DNA of 64,000 bases from Candidatus Eiseniibacteriota bacterium. Its GTDB lineage: Bacteria; Eisenbacteria; RBG-16-71-46. The notes beneath the pieces were generated by a model that was not told where the DNA came from, searched no databases, and saw only the letters and a list, made by a program, of their open reading frames with translations. The stretch lies in assembly GCA_963717505.1 (NCBI GenBank), contig OY970342.1, positions 2,720,001-2,784,000 on the forward strand, given 5' to 3'. Positions 10,601-21,000 of the stretch are shown here, one piece after another (the stretch's first letter is position 1; each line of letters begins with the position of its first letter). A program made the translations under genes and the position numbers.

Positions 10601-13600
10601 GCGGTGCGCCTGCTGCTCATCGACGCGAGCTACGGCGCACTCGAGACGTTTCCGATCACGGTGCAGTCGTACCCGGGGGCGAGTGCCGCGAATTCGGTCA
10701 CGATTCGGCCGGCATCCGGGAACATCGTGACCATGACCGGCAGCAGCGCTCAGGCACTGCTGATGCTCTCGGGCGCGGACTACGTGGTGATCGAGGGCTC
10801 GAACCAGACCGGCGGGACCAGTCGCGACTGGACGCTCGAAAACCAGAACGCAGGTTCGAGTGCGGTGGTCTGGGTCGGCTCGAACGGCTCCAACGGTGCG
10901 ACCAACAATGGGGTGCGCAACGTCCGGGTGCGCGGCAGCGGGAACGGAACGCTGGTCGGGGTTGGGATCGGCGGGCCTTCGGTCGGCCTGACCAGCAACG
11001 GCACCAACAACGCGTCGAATCGGGTGGAGAACATCCGCGCCGAGCGCGCCCAGGTCGGCGTGTACACCGCGGGGTCGTCGGGAAGCGGCAAGGCGACGGG
11101 AACCGTGGTCACCCGGAACGATCTGGATGCCGGCTCACCCGACCATCTGACGAAAGCCGGCATTCTGTCGCGCAACGAAGACGGCATCCAGATCACCGAA
11201 AACGTGATCGGCAACCTGAGTGGTACCGGCGTCGAGGACGTGATCGGTATCGCGCTGGGCACGACCCAGGTGTCGTCGACGACCTTCACCGGAGACGAAG
11301 TCACCGGCGCCACGGTTTCCGCCAACGTCGTGGACGCGATCACGGGCGGCGCGGCCGGCGCCGCGGGAATCGTGCTGGCGCGGGTCACGAGCGGCACCAA
11401 CACCCTGGTCAACAACATGGTCAGCCGTGTGATCAGCACGCCGCCCACCGGCCGACTGACCGCGGGGATCCTCGCGGGTGGCGGCGGGACCACGCGCGTG
11501 TGGTTCAACTCGGTGTCGATGACGGGCAATCGCGGATCCGCGTCCGGTCGCGGGTTCGCCCTGGCGGTCGCCGACTCGACCAATCCGGTGGAGGTGCGCA
11601 ACAACGTCCTGGCCACCACCCAAACGGGAACCGGGGCGGCGACGCACGCGATCGGCATGCTCGAGGGAGGAACGTTCGCGAGCCTGACCTCCAACTACAA
11701 CGACTTCTACGCGCCCTCGGCCGCGCTGGCGGTGGTGGGCGGCCTCGCGGTCCCGCCGGGTCAAACCGTCGCGGATCTCGCGGCCTGGCGCACCCGAACC
11801 GGTGAGGACGCATCTTCGGTGTCCGGCGATCCGCTGTTCCAGGGGAATGGCGATCTGCACGTCACGTCGCCGTTGTCGCCGGCCGCCAACGCCGGCCAAC
11901 CGATCGCCGGCGTCACCACCGACCTCGACGGCGAAGCTGGCAGCCGCACGACCCTGCCGGACCTCGGCGCGGACGAATTCACGACCTGGTCCCTCGCCAC
12001 CGCCGTATCGGGCGGCGGCGCGGTGCAACGGACTCCGGACCAACCGAGCTACGCGCCCTCGAGCACGGTGCAGATCCAGGCGACGCCGAACACGGGGTGG
12101 GTGTTCACCAGCTGGAGCGGCAGCGTGACCGGGGCGACGAATCCGACGAACGTGTTCATGGACGGCCACAAGTCGGTGACCGCGACCTTCACGATCGCAG
12201 CCTACGCGCTGACCGTGGACATCGTGGGTCTCGGCACGGTCACCAAGAATCCCAACCAGCCGACCTATGCCCACGGCACGGTCGTGAACCTGACGGCGAA
12301 CCCGTCGGTCGGCTACAGCTTCGTCGGCTGGAGCGGTGACACCACGGCGACCACGAATCCGTTGCCGGTGGTCATGAATCGGGCCAAGGCGATCACCGCG
12401 ACGTTCTCGCTCAGCACCTACACGCTCACCGTCAACGTGGTCGGGAATGGCACCGTCACGCGCAACCCCGATCAGCCGCTCTACGGGCACGGGACCATAG
12501 TGACGCTGACCGCGACGCCCGCCACCGGCTGGAGCTTCACCGGTTGGAGCGGATCGGTGAGCGGGACCATGAATCCGATTCAGGTGGTGATGAACGGTCC
12601 GCGCACGGTCACGGCAACATTCACCATCAACAGCTACGCGCTCAACGTGGCGGTGGTTGGCAGCGGCAGCGTGGCTCGAAGCCCGGATCAGGCCCTCTAC
12701 ACCCACGGCACGAACGTGACGCTGACCGCGACCCCGGCCACCGGGTGGACGTTCACCTCGTGGAGCGGGGACGCGACCGGCGCCACGAACCCCGTCCAGG
12801 TGGTGATGAACGGTCCGCGCTCGGTGACGGCGACGTTCACGATCAATACTTACCCACTCGACGTCACGGTGGTCGGCAACGGCAGCGTCGTCCGAAACCC
12901 CGATCAGCCGGCCTACAACCACGGGACCACGGTGACGCTGACCGCGACGCCGGCCACCGGATGGAGCTTCACCGGCTGGAGCGGGAGCGCGACCGGAACC
13001 ACGAACCCGGTTCAGGTGGTGATGAATGGTCCGCGGGCGGTGACGGCGACCTTCACCATCAACAGCTACACGCTCAGCGTGTCGGTGACCGGGTCGGGGA
13101 CCGTCGACGTGAACCCGAACCAGGCCACGTACACGCATGGGACCAACGTCACCCTCACCGCAACCCCGGGGGCCAACCATCTATTCGCCGGCTGGACCGG
13201 AGATGCCACCGGGTCGACCAATCCGTTGGTCGTGCCCATGACCTCGAACAAGACGATCACGGCCCAGTTCGTGGTCGACACGTATACGCTGAGCGTCAAC
13301 GTGGTTGGCAGCGGCAGCGTGACGCGGAATCCGAATCTCGCGCAGTACCCGCACGGAACTCTGGTCGAGCTGACGGCCGTCCCCTCGTCGGGGTGGAGCT
13401 TCGTCCAGTGGAGCGGCGACCTGACCGGCGCGGCCAACCCGCAGTCGTTGAGCATGGTGGGGCCGAGGTCCGTGACCGCGACCTTCGCAGTCAGCACCTA
13501 CGCGCTCGACGTGACCGTTGCCGGTAGCGGGTCGGTGACGAAAGTTCCGAACCAGGCGCTCTACAACCACGGAACCATCGTCCAGCTGACCGCGGTTCCC

Positions 13601-14752
13601 TCCACCGGTTGGGTCTTTGCCGGCTGGAGCGGGGACGCGAGCGGAACCAACAACCCGGTCAACGTCACGATGAATGGTCCGCGCGCGGTGACCGCCAGCT
13701 TCACCATCAGTACTTACGCGCTCGGGATCACCGTGATTGGCAGCGGGACCGTTGCGAAGAACCCGAACCAGGCCCTGTACGACCACGGAACCATCGTCCA
13801 ACTCACGGCGAGTGCTTCGACCGGGTGGGGTTTCTCGGGCTGGAGCGGGGATGCCTCCGGGTTCGTGAATCCGACCCAGGTCACGATGAACGGACCCAAG
13901 TCCGTGACGGCGACATTTACCATCAACTCCTACTTCCTCGACCTGTCGATCGTGGGCAGCGGTAGCGTGATCGCGAATCCCGACCAGTCCTTCTACGACC
14001 ACGGGACGGTGGTGACCCTGACCGCGACCCCGGCGGCCGGCCGCAGCTTCGTGGGCTGGAGCGGGGACGCGAGCGGCAGCCAGAACCCGATTCAGATCAC
14101 CATGGACGCCGATAAGTCGATCACGGCGACGTTTACGCTCAATCTGCACACGCTCAGCGTCACGGGCGGCCCGCACGGCCAGGTCTCGGTCACGATCGAC
14201 GTTCCCATGGAGGCTGCTGCGTCGGACAGGGCGCAGAGCCGGCGAGCTCCCAGTGGTGGCAACGGGACCATTCCCGGACCGACTCCGGCATCAGGAGTCG
14301 AGTCCGAAAGCAGCCAGTTTGGGCACGGCTCACTTCTGACGCTGACGGCGACCGCCATGGAGGGCTGGCTGTTCGCGGGGTGGGAGGGGGATGCCTCCGG
14401 ATCCGCGAATCCTCTTCAGGTCGTCATGGATCAACCGCGGAACATTTCCGCCAAGTTCGTGCGTGGCGCGCAGAACGCCGGTCCGGTGGTGGAGTTGGGA
14501 CTGACCCGGATCCACCCCAATCCAGCGGTGGGACCCATTTCGATCGAGTACGCGCTCCCCCTGGCCTCGGGAGTCCGGCTCAGCCTGGTGGACGTCCAGG
14601 GGCGTGTGGTCGCCCTCCTGGTGAACGAGCCGAGATCTGCGGGTCGCCATGAGGTTCGCTGGGATCCCAAGGGGAACCCTCCGGGGGTCTATTTCGCGTG
14701 TCTCGAGACCGGTGGTCAGCGTCGGATCCGCCGTCTAGTGCTGGGCCGATGA
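4697..14752 (+). CDS. giant secreted surface/adhesin-like protein 1 (beta-helix regions, NIDO-like domain, CARDB-like domain, InlB B-type repeats, C-terminal FlgD/T9SS-like domain)
   Basis: Uninterrupted 3351-aa ORF; signal peptide ending AAHA-Q; DxDGxxR...PDVGADE motifs; 3 + 11 repeats of ~71 aa (GxV.ATP..GW.F.GWSG..NP..VTATF); C-terminal HPNPAVG...PGVYF. The exact start is uncertain. Confidence 0.85.
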   Translation: MSDRTVGSFADLLRGWLRAPRSRPSIRWLFRPLVACAILNFGVSAAHAQSTYVWNVTGTGNYSDQDNWTPRRNNSSTDDILVIDGSLTPTTSIEDIEAETIGAFRFVNSVVATLSATASRTLVMSGTGSPAFDIGAGSSVLVNGASPIQFNLSAGASALLSGTLIFSGTSHRLVAAGAGAVVFTSGSVFETAAAFTGSPYGTSGITDIVVFQAGSTYRHGAGGNPFGLAAPASRVVFQSGSEFVALIPTGFVATGRTYSHLRIANATAISTSGTGTLQFDNLFVENGSSFTHSGSGAAAIRIRGNVGSSGTGAISLMSGNGDVHFEAAGMQSIGGGGGTGSILIGSAAHVPATTTLQLERAVTFATTLFVGGVLQVAPGGSLTGTVEYADAARLVFASSASPISVDAAAYWPALNGPDEILVNGPGGISMASGANRAATGLLRVAGPIANAGEIVVTGTLQREPGGSVTGGPVYGASSILRYLGTFAVGGEWGGGVIVGAGVPRNVEIAAGSGTVTLPSQDRYVPGNLTVESGTLALGPTAGNLLIRGNWTNSGTLVPNDRTVAMIGTANQTVTRTAGAEAFDILQIIKTGGDVFLGSNVNINKRLFLNGGDLITGPHLASLVSTTAYVVWTAGHVEGTLRKLVGTGPKSVLFEIGSGGRDGFLGASFGSISAGGYLAASTVGGDHPQIASSSFDPNLTANRSWTLSGPGVAFDSAAVSLYFDPADLDAGANPLTFEVGRWSAGWTDPRIGVVTDSSTQAVGLTALGDFVVGNRAGHTITATAGSGGAITPSGAVAVPHKANQLFTMTPNPHYHVANVVVDSASVGAVPTYTFVDVRKDHTIAATFAIDRHTVAVDTVGGGTVARSPNLPDYPYGSLVQLTATPAFGYQFGSWSGDTASTANPLQVLVDGNLSITATFVANLYTLSVSSVGPGIVYRQPNLSQYAYGSTVWLTASPQPGYGLTAWSGSASGTTNPLPLTINGPMSVTATFGTPSFPVAVNVVGSGTVTRSPNQTSYVVLSTVELTAIPDAGSRFVGWSGSVSGASNPVLLTVDATESVTATFTTSAFDYTLTRFASSYSPITEAGGATPLMVAADDSIRSIPLPFIFTYAGNVYRTTSHLAVSANGYAFMSREPVQTSSVASSINTGLFTTGAPNATLAPWFDNLAVNAVGANPSGSVLYQTFGTPGSRSLVVQWTNVSSYAQTTAGQPRRLNFQLALFEASGVVEFRYGSVQGSDFSILESASIGIEDSTGGNNHYIDAITGSRLTGTSMMTSNKWPTRHVRFTPGAPTPIPGGDYTVGMVATYPNLNEAFADLNHRGVSGPVTLNLNNAVYDSSSGGGRNVFPLLLGPIAGADASRPVVIQSGGGSVLRHRGTDNGTCVHQNGTHVIGIANEPIVGLLGADYVTLSNVTLEGGSAVDRGVLVLNSSRSDGAWHNTFVDVTVLLDRTNPSSIGIEQVVPATPTSADGSNSYNRYLNVTVEDAYSGIALTGNGSWLDVGCEIGGAAGNARTIVGAATAGDIGGGSAPVYGVRAVNQSGLLIRSTTVRNLVGSGTGPVEGIVVEPQGAVSTPHGTLEISGSLIHDLAQASPSGGRVVGLKVGVTANPASVVRVYNNLIHQLSSASTSTLSRRVIGIQAQEIALGEGGTIDVDFNSVRLAPAGLACPNTAFELGTHTGPVVHARNNIFANFTAAQSGAARHYAMVVPGAGALGPAGSISNHNLLHVANPTNGYAGRAGGVDRVALADWQSATGGDANSRSENPEFASSSNLHLSTVMATPAESQGSMYSGTIGWVTDDVDGQPRSMSSPDVGADEGSFVRLPWLDLQALSIDTPGPGTSLAAGVPFAPRATFRNLGGATLAGATVRFRITGPAPSSAVVYNVTATTPTLPRDSSGIVTFGSATLSTPGVYSLLARAELPGDEVAANDSATGTAQASGPLVGDYLVGNAQPSPFNTLTGAVGRLNAVGVAGAVRLLLIDASYGALETFPITVQSYPGASAANSVTIRPASGNIVTMTGSSAQALLMLSGADYVVIEGSNQTGGTSRDWTLENQNAGSSAVVWVGSNGSNGATNNGVRNVRVRGSGNGTLVGVGIGGPSVGLTSNGTNNASNRVENIRAERAQVGVYTAGSSGSGKATGTVVTRNDLDAGSPDHLTKAGILSRNEDGIQITENVIGNLSGTGVEDVIGIALGTTQVSSTTFTGDEVTGATVSANVVDAITGGAAGAAGIVLARVTSGTNTLVNNMVSRVISTPPTGRLTAGILAGGGGTTRVWFNSVSMTGNRGSASGRGFALAVADSTNPVEVRNNVLATTQTGTGAATHAIGMLEGGTFASLTSNYNDFYAPSAALAVVGGLAVPPGQTVADLAAWRTRTGEDASSVSGDPLFQGNGDLHVTSPLSPAANAGQPIAGVTTDLDGEAGSRTTLPDLGADEFTTWSLATAVSGGGAVQRTPDQPSYAPSSTVQIQATPNTGWVFTSWSGSVTGATNPTNVFMDGHKSVTATFTIAAYALTVDIVGLGTVTKNPNQPTYAHGTVVNLTANPSVGYSFVGWSGDTTATTNPLPVVMNRAKAITATFSLSTYTLTVNVVGNGTVTRNPDQPLYGHGTIVTLTATPATGWSFTGWSGSVSGTMNPIQVVMNGPRTVTATFTINSYALNVAVVGSGSVARSPDQALYTHGTNVTLTATPATGWTFTSWSGDATGATNPVQVVMNGPRSVTATFTINTYPLDVTVVGNGSVVRNPDQPAYNHGTTVTLTATPATGWSFTGWSGSATGTTNPVQVVMNGPRAVTATFTINSYTLSVSVTGSGTVDVNPNQATYTHGTNVTLTATPGANHLFAGWTGDATGSTNPLVVPMTSNKTITAQFVVDTYTLSVNVVGSGSVTRNPNLAQYPHGTLVELTAVPSSGWSFVQWSGDLTGAANPQSLSMVGPRSVTATFAVSTYALDVTVAGSGSVTKVPNQALYNHGTIVQLTAVPSTGWVFAGWSGDASGTNNPVNVTMNGPRAVTASFTISTYALGITVIGSGTVAKNPNQALYDHGTIVQLTASASTGWGFSGWSGDASGFVNPTQVTMNGPKSVTATFTINSYFLDLSIVGSGSVIANPDQSFYDHGTVVTLTATPAAGRSFVGWSGDASGSQNPIQITMDADKSITATFTLNLHTLSVTGGPHGQVSVTIDVPMEAAASDRAQSRRAPSGGNGTIPGPTPASGVESESSQFGHGSLLTLTATAMEGWLFAGWEGDASGSANPLQVVMDQPRNISAKFVRGAQNAGPVVELGLTRIHPNPAVGPISIEYALPLASGVRLSLVDVQGRVVALLVNEPRSAGRHEVRWDPKGNPPGVYFACLETGGQRRIRRLVLGR
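11985..14460 (+). repeat. tandem array of 11 InlB-B/Listeria-Bacteroides-type Ig-like repeats (~213 bp unit)
   Basis: Recurring Y.L.V.V.G.G.V...P.Q..Y.HG..V.LTA.P..GW.F..WSG.....NP....M.....VTATF units; the last carries an insertion. Confidence 0.85.
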
Positions 14753-14773
14753 GCCGGAGCCCTGTCGCACCGC

Positions 14774-14816
14774 GGGTGGATCCCTCGCCGGGTGGAACCG
14801 GGATCCATTCCTTTTT
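14774..14816 (+). terminator. rho-independent terminator after giant protein 1
   Basis: GGGTGGATCCC...GGGATCCATTC stem followed by CTTTTT, 22 nt after the TGA. Confidence 0.7.
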
Positions 14817-14859
14817 GCAACGCTTCGGGGGCCAGGAGCGTGTTGGCACTGCAAAACCC

Positions 14860-14888
14860 TTGAACGAAACCTTGACGGAACATAGACT
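14860..14888 (+). promoter_or_regulatory. putative sigma70-type promoter of giant secreted protein 2
   Basis: TTGAAC (14860-14865) - 17 nt - TAGACT (14883-14888), downstream of the terminator. Confidence 0.55.
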
Positions 14889-15072
14889 TGTGCCCACCCA
14901 ACGCAGAACTTTCAGGAGGAGACATCCCCAGCACCACACCCTAGTTCTCGGCGCTTCCGGCTGTGCCTCCCCTTCCACCGCCCGCCCGGAAGCAAAGCGC
15001 CCAAAAGAACTGGTCACCCACCGCGCCCGCCGGCGGCTCCGCGCTGGCAGCGTCACCGTTTTGGGAGCGAAC

Positions 15073-18000
15073 GTGATTCGAGCTGCCATCCGTAGCCTGC
15101 GGCGACCGGCATTCGTGCTGTTCGCCGTCGCGGCCCTTTCGCTTCTCAGCGTGACCGCGGCGCTGGCCCAATCCTGGACCATCACAGCAACGTCGGGTTC
15201 CAACGGCAGCATCACGCCTTCGGGAGCGGTCGTCGTTCCCAACGGGACCGACACCACGTTCTTCGCGACGCCGAACGTGGGCTATGTCGTCGCGGACGTG
15301 CTGGTCGACGGCGGCTCGGTCGGCGCGGTTTCGTCGTACATGTTCACCAACGTCACTTCCGATCACACGATTTCGGCATCGTTCACGGTCGCGACTCATT
15401 CGATCAGCATCGCGGTGAACGGGGTCGGGACGGTGACACGCGTCCCGGATCTCCCGCTCTACAACTACGGCGCTTCCGTTCAGCTCACGGCGACTCCCGG
15501 TCCTGGCCATCAGTTCGTCGGCTGGAGCGGCGATCTGCTCGGGTCGTCCAATCCGGCAACCATGATCATGACCGGTGACAAGTCGGTGACCGCGACGTTC
15601 GAACGGATGGTGCTCGGCTACGAGCGACTGCCGTTCAACAGCGCCTACACGCCGATCTCGACCGGTACGGGCGCGAGCACGCTGCTGGTCGCCGCCGACG
15701 ACTCGACGCGGTCGATTGCGCTGCCGTTCGATTTCACGTTCTCCGGGCTTCAGTACACGACCGGGAACTTCCTCGCGGTCAACGCCAACGGCTTCGCCCA
15801 TTTCTCGCGCACGGCGGTCACGACCTCCTCGACCTCGTTGTCCTCGAACGCGAACCTGTTCAACGCGTCGGCGCCGAACGCCACGCTGGCGCCGTGGTTC
15901 GACGACTTGAGCGTCGGCGCCGTGGGGACCAATCCCGCGGGTCGCGTGCTCTATCAGGTCGAGGGCAGCCCGGGGTCCCGCGTCCTGATCGTCCAGTGGA
16001 CCGACGTCTCGTCCTTTGCGAACGCGACTGGCGGTCAGCCGCGGCGCATCAACTTCCAGGTCGCGCTCAAGGAAACGTCCAACGAGGTCGAGTTCCGCTA
16101 CGGCCCGATCACCGGAGCCGACCACAGCGGTTTCGAATCCGGCTCGATCGGCATCGAGGACTCGATCGGCGGTCGGTTCCTCGACGCCGTCACCGGTTCG
16201 AAGTTCACCAGCAACGGCATGATGACCACGAACAAGTGGCCGAGCTTCAACCTCCGGTTCCTGCCCACGATACCGGGCACGATCGTCGGCGGCACGTACA
16301 CGACCGGTCCGGGCGGCTACTACACGTCGTTGTCCGAGGCGGTGGCCGACCTCAATCACAAAGGCATCTCCGGGCCGGTGACCATTCAGCTCGTGGACAA
16401 CATCGTGGACTCGACATCGGCCCATGGCAGCAACCGGTTCCCGATCCTGCTCGGGCCGGTCGAGGGCAGCTCTGCGATCAATACGATCACCATCGAGCCG
16501 GCCTCCGGGGTGGCTACGATGTTCCATCGCGGCACGGCGGCGGGAAACTGCGGGAATGGCATCTCGGTGACCGCGATCGGGACCGCGAACGAGCCGGTGT
16601 TCGGCGTCATGAGCGCCGACTACGTCACGTTGCGCAATCTGGCCATGGCGGGCGGGTCGCTGGTGGATCGTGGCTTGCTGCTCCTGCCCAACTCGGCCAC
16701 CGACGGCGCCCAGCACAACACATTCGACAACATCGCGATCAGCCTCGACCGAACCAACACCAGCTCGATCGGCGTCCAGCAGATCCTGCAGGTCACGCCC
16801 ACCGCGCAGTCCGGAACCAACTCGTTCAACAGCTACCGCGGCATCAGCGTAACCAACGCCTACGCCGGCATCTCACTGGCCGGAAGAGCCCCGGTCCTCG
16901 ACACCGATTGCGAGATCTCGGGAGTGGCCGGGATCCCGACCACGATCGGCGCCGAGTCGGTGCCCGGTGACATCGGAGGCGGTGCGATCCAGACGTTCGG
17001 TATTCGCGCGCTGAACCAAGCCAACATCACGATTCGCAGCTGCTTCGTGCGCCAGGTGACCGGCGCCGGAACCAGTGTCGTCGACGGCATCCTGCTGGAG
17101 AACAGCGGCTCGCTGACCGCGAGCAGCGGGCTGTGCCAGATCGTCGGCAACGTCGTCTATTCGATCAACAGCACCAACCCGAGCGCCGGCCGGGTCAGCG
17201 GCATTCGGGCTTCGCTCACCGCCAACTCGACCAGCCGGAGCCTGATCTACAACAACTTCGTCTACGACTTGAACTCGAGCAGCGCGTCGCCGTTCCCGCG
17301 ACGCATCGTCGGCATCTACCTGCAGGACGGCGGCCTCGGAGCCGGCGCCGTTCACGAGGTCGACTTCAACAGCGTTCGTCTGGCCCCGGGCAACACGGTG
17401 GCCTCGAACGCGTGCTTCGAGATCAACACCGCGACCGGTCCGGTGATTCGGGCCCGCAACAACGTATTCGCCAACTTCACCGGCACCCAGACCACCGCGT
17501 CGAGGCACTACACCTGGGTCACGCCGGCCACGAACTCGATTGGCCCGGCCGGGTCGGTCTCGGAGCGCAACGTCCTGCACGTGAACAACACGGTCAACGG
17601 CTTCACCGGGCTTTCGGGGACGACCGATCGGGCGACCCTGGGCGAATGGCAGACGGTGGCCAACAACGACTTCAACAGCCTGGCGGGCAACCCTCAGTTC
17701 GTCGGCCCGTTCAATCTCCACATCAACACGGCGTTCCCGTCCCCGGTGGAAAGCGGCGGATCGTTTTTCGGGGGGGACATCAGCTGGGTCACCGAGGACA
17801 TCGAAGGCAACCCGCGCAACCCGACCAGTCCCGACATCGGCGCCGACGAGGGCAACTTCGTGCCGCCGGCGACCAACGACATGGCGGCTTCCGGAATCGT
17901 GGAGCCAGTGCCGGGGAGCCTGATGGTCTCGGGCACCTCGTTCTCGCCCAGGGCCACGTTCGAGAACCAGGGCTCGGTCAGCCAGAATTCCATTCCCGTG

Positions 18001-21000
18001 CGGTTCCGCATCCGCGGTCCGCAGCCTGCGACCACGATCGTCTACGAGCAAACCGGCGTGATTCCCTCGCTGCCGATCGGATTGTCTCAGGTCGTGACCT
18101 TCCCCTCGACGTCGCTGGTCGCGGGCGGCAACTACACGCTGGAGGCGATCGCCGAGCTGGCGACCGACACCAACCCGGCCAACAACATGTCCACCGGCAT
18201 GTTCCAGATCGTCGGACCGCTGTCCGGAGACTATCTGGTCGGCGCCGGGCAAATGGCTCCATTCAATACCCTGACCGGCGCAGTGTCACGACTGAACTCG
18301 GTCGGAGTCGCGGGTCCGGTTCGATTCCTGCTGACCGATTCGAGCTACGGGCCGCTCGAGACCTTCCCAATCACGATCGCCACCCACCTGGGGGCGAGCG
18401 CCACCAACACCGTGACCCTCCGGCCGGCCCCCGGGAATGTCGTGACCCTGACCGGCAACAACAACCAGGCTTTGCTGTTGCTCTCCGGCGCGGATTACAT
18501 GGTGCTCGACGGATCGAACCAGACGGGTGGAACCAGCCGCGACTGGACGCTCGAGAACTTGAACGGCGAAGGCAGCGCGGTGGTGTGGGTCGCCTCGACC
18601 GTGGGCGGCGACGGCGCGACCAACAACATCGTGCGCAATCTGCGCGTCCGTGGCACCGGGGTCGGGACCGCGGCGGGCGTGGGTGTCGGCGGACCAGGCA
18701 TCGGGCTGGCGAGCAACGGCGCCGGCAATCTGTCGAACCGGGTCGAGAACGTGCAGGCCGAGCGCGCACAGGTGGGCGTGTACACCGCGGGGTCGCCGGG
18801 CACCGGAAAGTCGACGGGAACCGTGGTCACGAAGAACGATCTGGACGCGATGGCCCCCGACCAGCTGACCCGGGCGGGTGTGATGGCACGCTACGAGGAC
18901 GGCATCCAGATCACCGAAAACGTGATCGGCAACCTGAGCAGCACCAGCGTCGACGACGTCATCGGGATCGCGGTCGGCTTGAGCCTGGTCGCCTCCGACG
19001 TGTTCACCGGCGACGAAGTGGTCAACGCGACGGTCTCGCGCAACGTCATTCACGGCGTCGCCTCGAACAGCCTCAGCGAGGTCAGCGCCGCGGGCATCGC
19101 GGTGGCCCGGGCCTCGACCGGCATCAACACCATCGTCAACAACATGATCACCGGAGTGACCAGCAACGCCTACGAGCCCAGCCTGACGGTCGGCATCCTG
19201 GTGGGCGGCGGCGGCACGACCCGCGTCTGGTTCAATTCGGTGTGGATGCACGGTGATCGCGGCGATGCGAACGCCGCCAGCATTGCGCTGGCCGTCTGCG
19301 ACTCGACCTCCGCGTTCAACGTCCGCGACAACATTCTCGCGAACACCCAGACCGCCCTCGCCCTGTCGGGCGGCAAGGGCTTCGCGATCGCCACGGTGGC
19401 GGCGAACGCGTTCGGCAACCTGACCTCGAACTTCAACGACCTGTATTCGCCGACTGAGGGCAACGACCTGGCCATGGTCGGTGGACTCGACAACCAGGAC
19501 GACGGCGACCTGGCCACGCTCGCGGAGTGGCGCACCAAGAGCGGCCGCGACCTGCAATCGATTTCCAGCGATCCGATCTTCCAGAGCACCGACGACCTGC
19601 ACATCAACATCAAGTCGGGAACGGCGTCGCCGGTCGCCAACATCGGCCAGGCGATCAGCGGGGTCAGCAACGACTTCGACGGCGAGCCGGGCAATCGCAC
19701 GACCACGCCTGACATCGGCGCCGACGAGTTCGCCACCTTCAACCTGATCACGAACGTGGTCGGGCCGGGGACGATCGTCCGCAATCCGAACGCGACGAAC
19801 TACGAATCGGGCACCAACGTGCAGATCACGGCGGTGCCCGCGGTCGGGCACTCGTTCACCGGCTGGAGCGGCGCGGTCACCGGAATGACCAATCCGACCA
19901 CCGTCCTGATGAACGCGCACAAGACCGTGACCGCGACGTTCGTCATCAACACCTACACGCTGAGTGTGAACGCGGGCCCCAACGGCACGGTGGCCAAGAC
20001 GCCCAATCAGGCGACCTACACGCACGGCACCGCGGTCCAGGTTTCGGCTACGCCCATTCCGACGTTCCGGCTGGCGGGCTGGTCGGGGGACACCACCGGA
20101 ACCGCCAATCCGTTCACGGTCATCATGAACGGCAACAAGACCTACACCGCGACCTTCGAGCTCGATGCCTTCCCGATCAACGTCACGATCGTCGGCGGTG
20201 GAACCGTCACCAAGACGCCGAATCAGACGAACTATCCGAATGGAACGCCGGTTCAGGTGGTGGCGACCGCCGCTACCGGCTTCGACTTCACCGGCTGGAC
20301 CGGGGACACGACGACCACCGAGGACACGCTCAGTCTGGTCATGACCAGAACGCGCAACCTGACGGCGACCTTCACCATCAGGACCTACACGGTGTCGGTG
20401 TCGGCGGGACCCAACGGCACGGTGAGCAAGGCGCCGGATCAGCCGCTCTACGATTACGGCACCAACTTGGTGCTCACGGCGAATCCGTCCGTCGGCTATC
20501 ACCTGGTGAGCTGGGGTGGGGACACCACCTCTACGGCAAATCCGCTGACCGTGATCGTCACCCGAAATCGGACCATCAGCGCGACCTTTGCGATCAACCA
20601 GTACACATTGAACGTCACGACCCTCGGTCCTGGCGCGGTGGTCAAGGCGCCCAACCAGCCGAACTACGATCACGGCATCAGCGTCAACCTGACGGCAACG
20701 CCGAACACCGGGTTCCACTTCGTCGGCTGGGGTGGCGACACCACCGGGACGACGAATCCCCTGGCCGTGGTCATGACCCGCAATCGGACGATGTCGGCGA
20801 CGTTCGGCTACCAACTGAATACCGCCGTGGTCGGCACCGGATCCGTGACCCGCAATCCCAACCAGCAGAACTATGCCCCGGGAACGGCGGTGAGCCTGAC
20901 CGCGGTTCCGGGCGCCGGTTACAGCTTCACCGGGTGGAGTGGCGACACCACGACCACGGTGAATCCCCTCAATCTGCAGATGACGCGTAACCGGAGCTTC

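Noticed and set aside
14840-14900. possible c-di-GMP riboswitch or sigma54 promoter (TGGCAC, GCAAA)
   Set aside because: Lacks the GNRA/receptor layout of c-di-GMP-I and the -12 TTGC at the correct spacing; better explained as a sigma70-type promoter.
14698-15072. N-terminal extension of giant protein 2 in the ORF track
   Set aside because: Spans the upstream gene end, terminator and promoter; the signal peptide begins near 15073.
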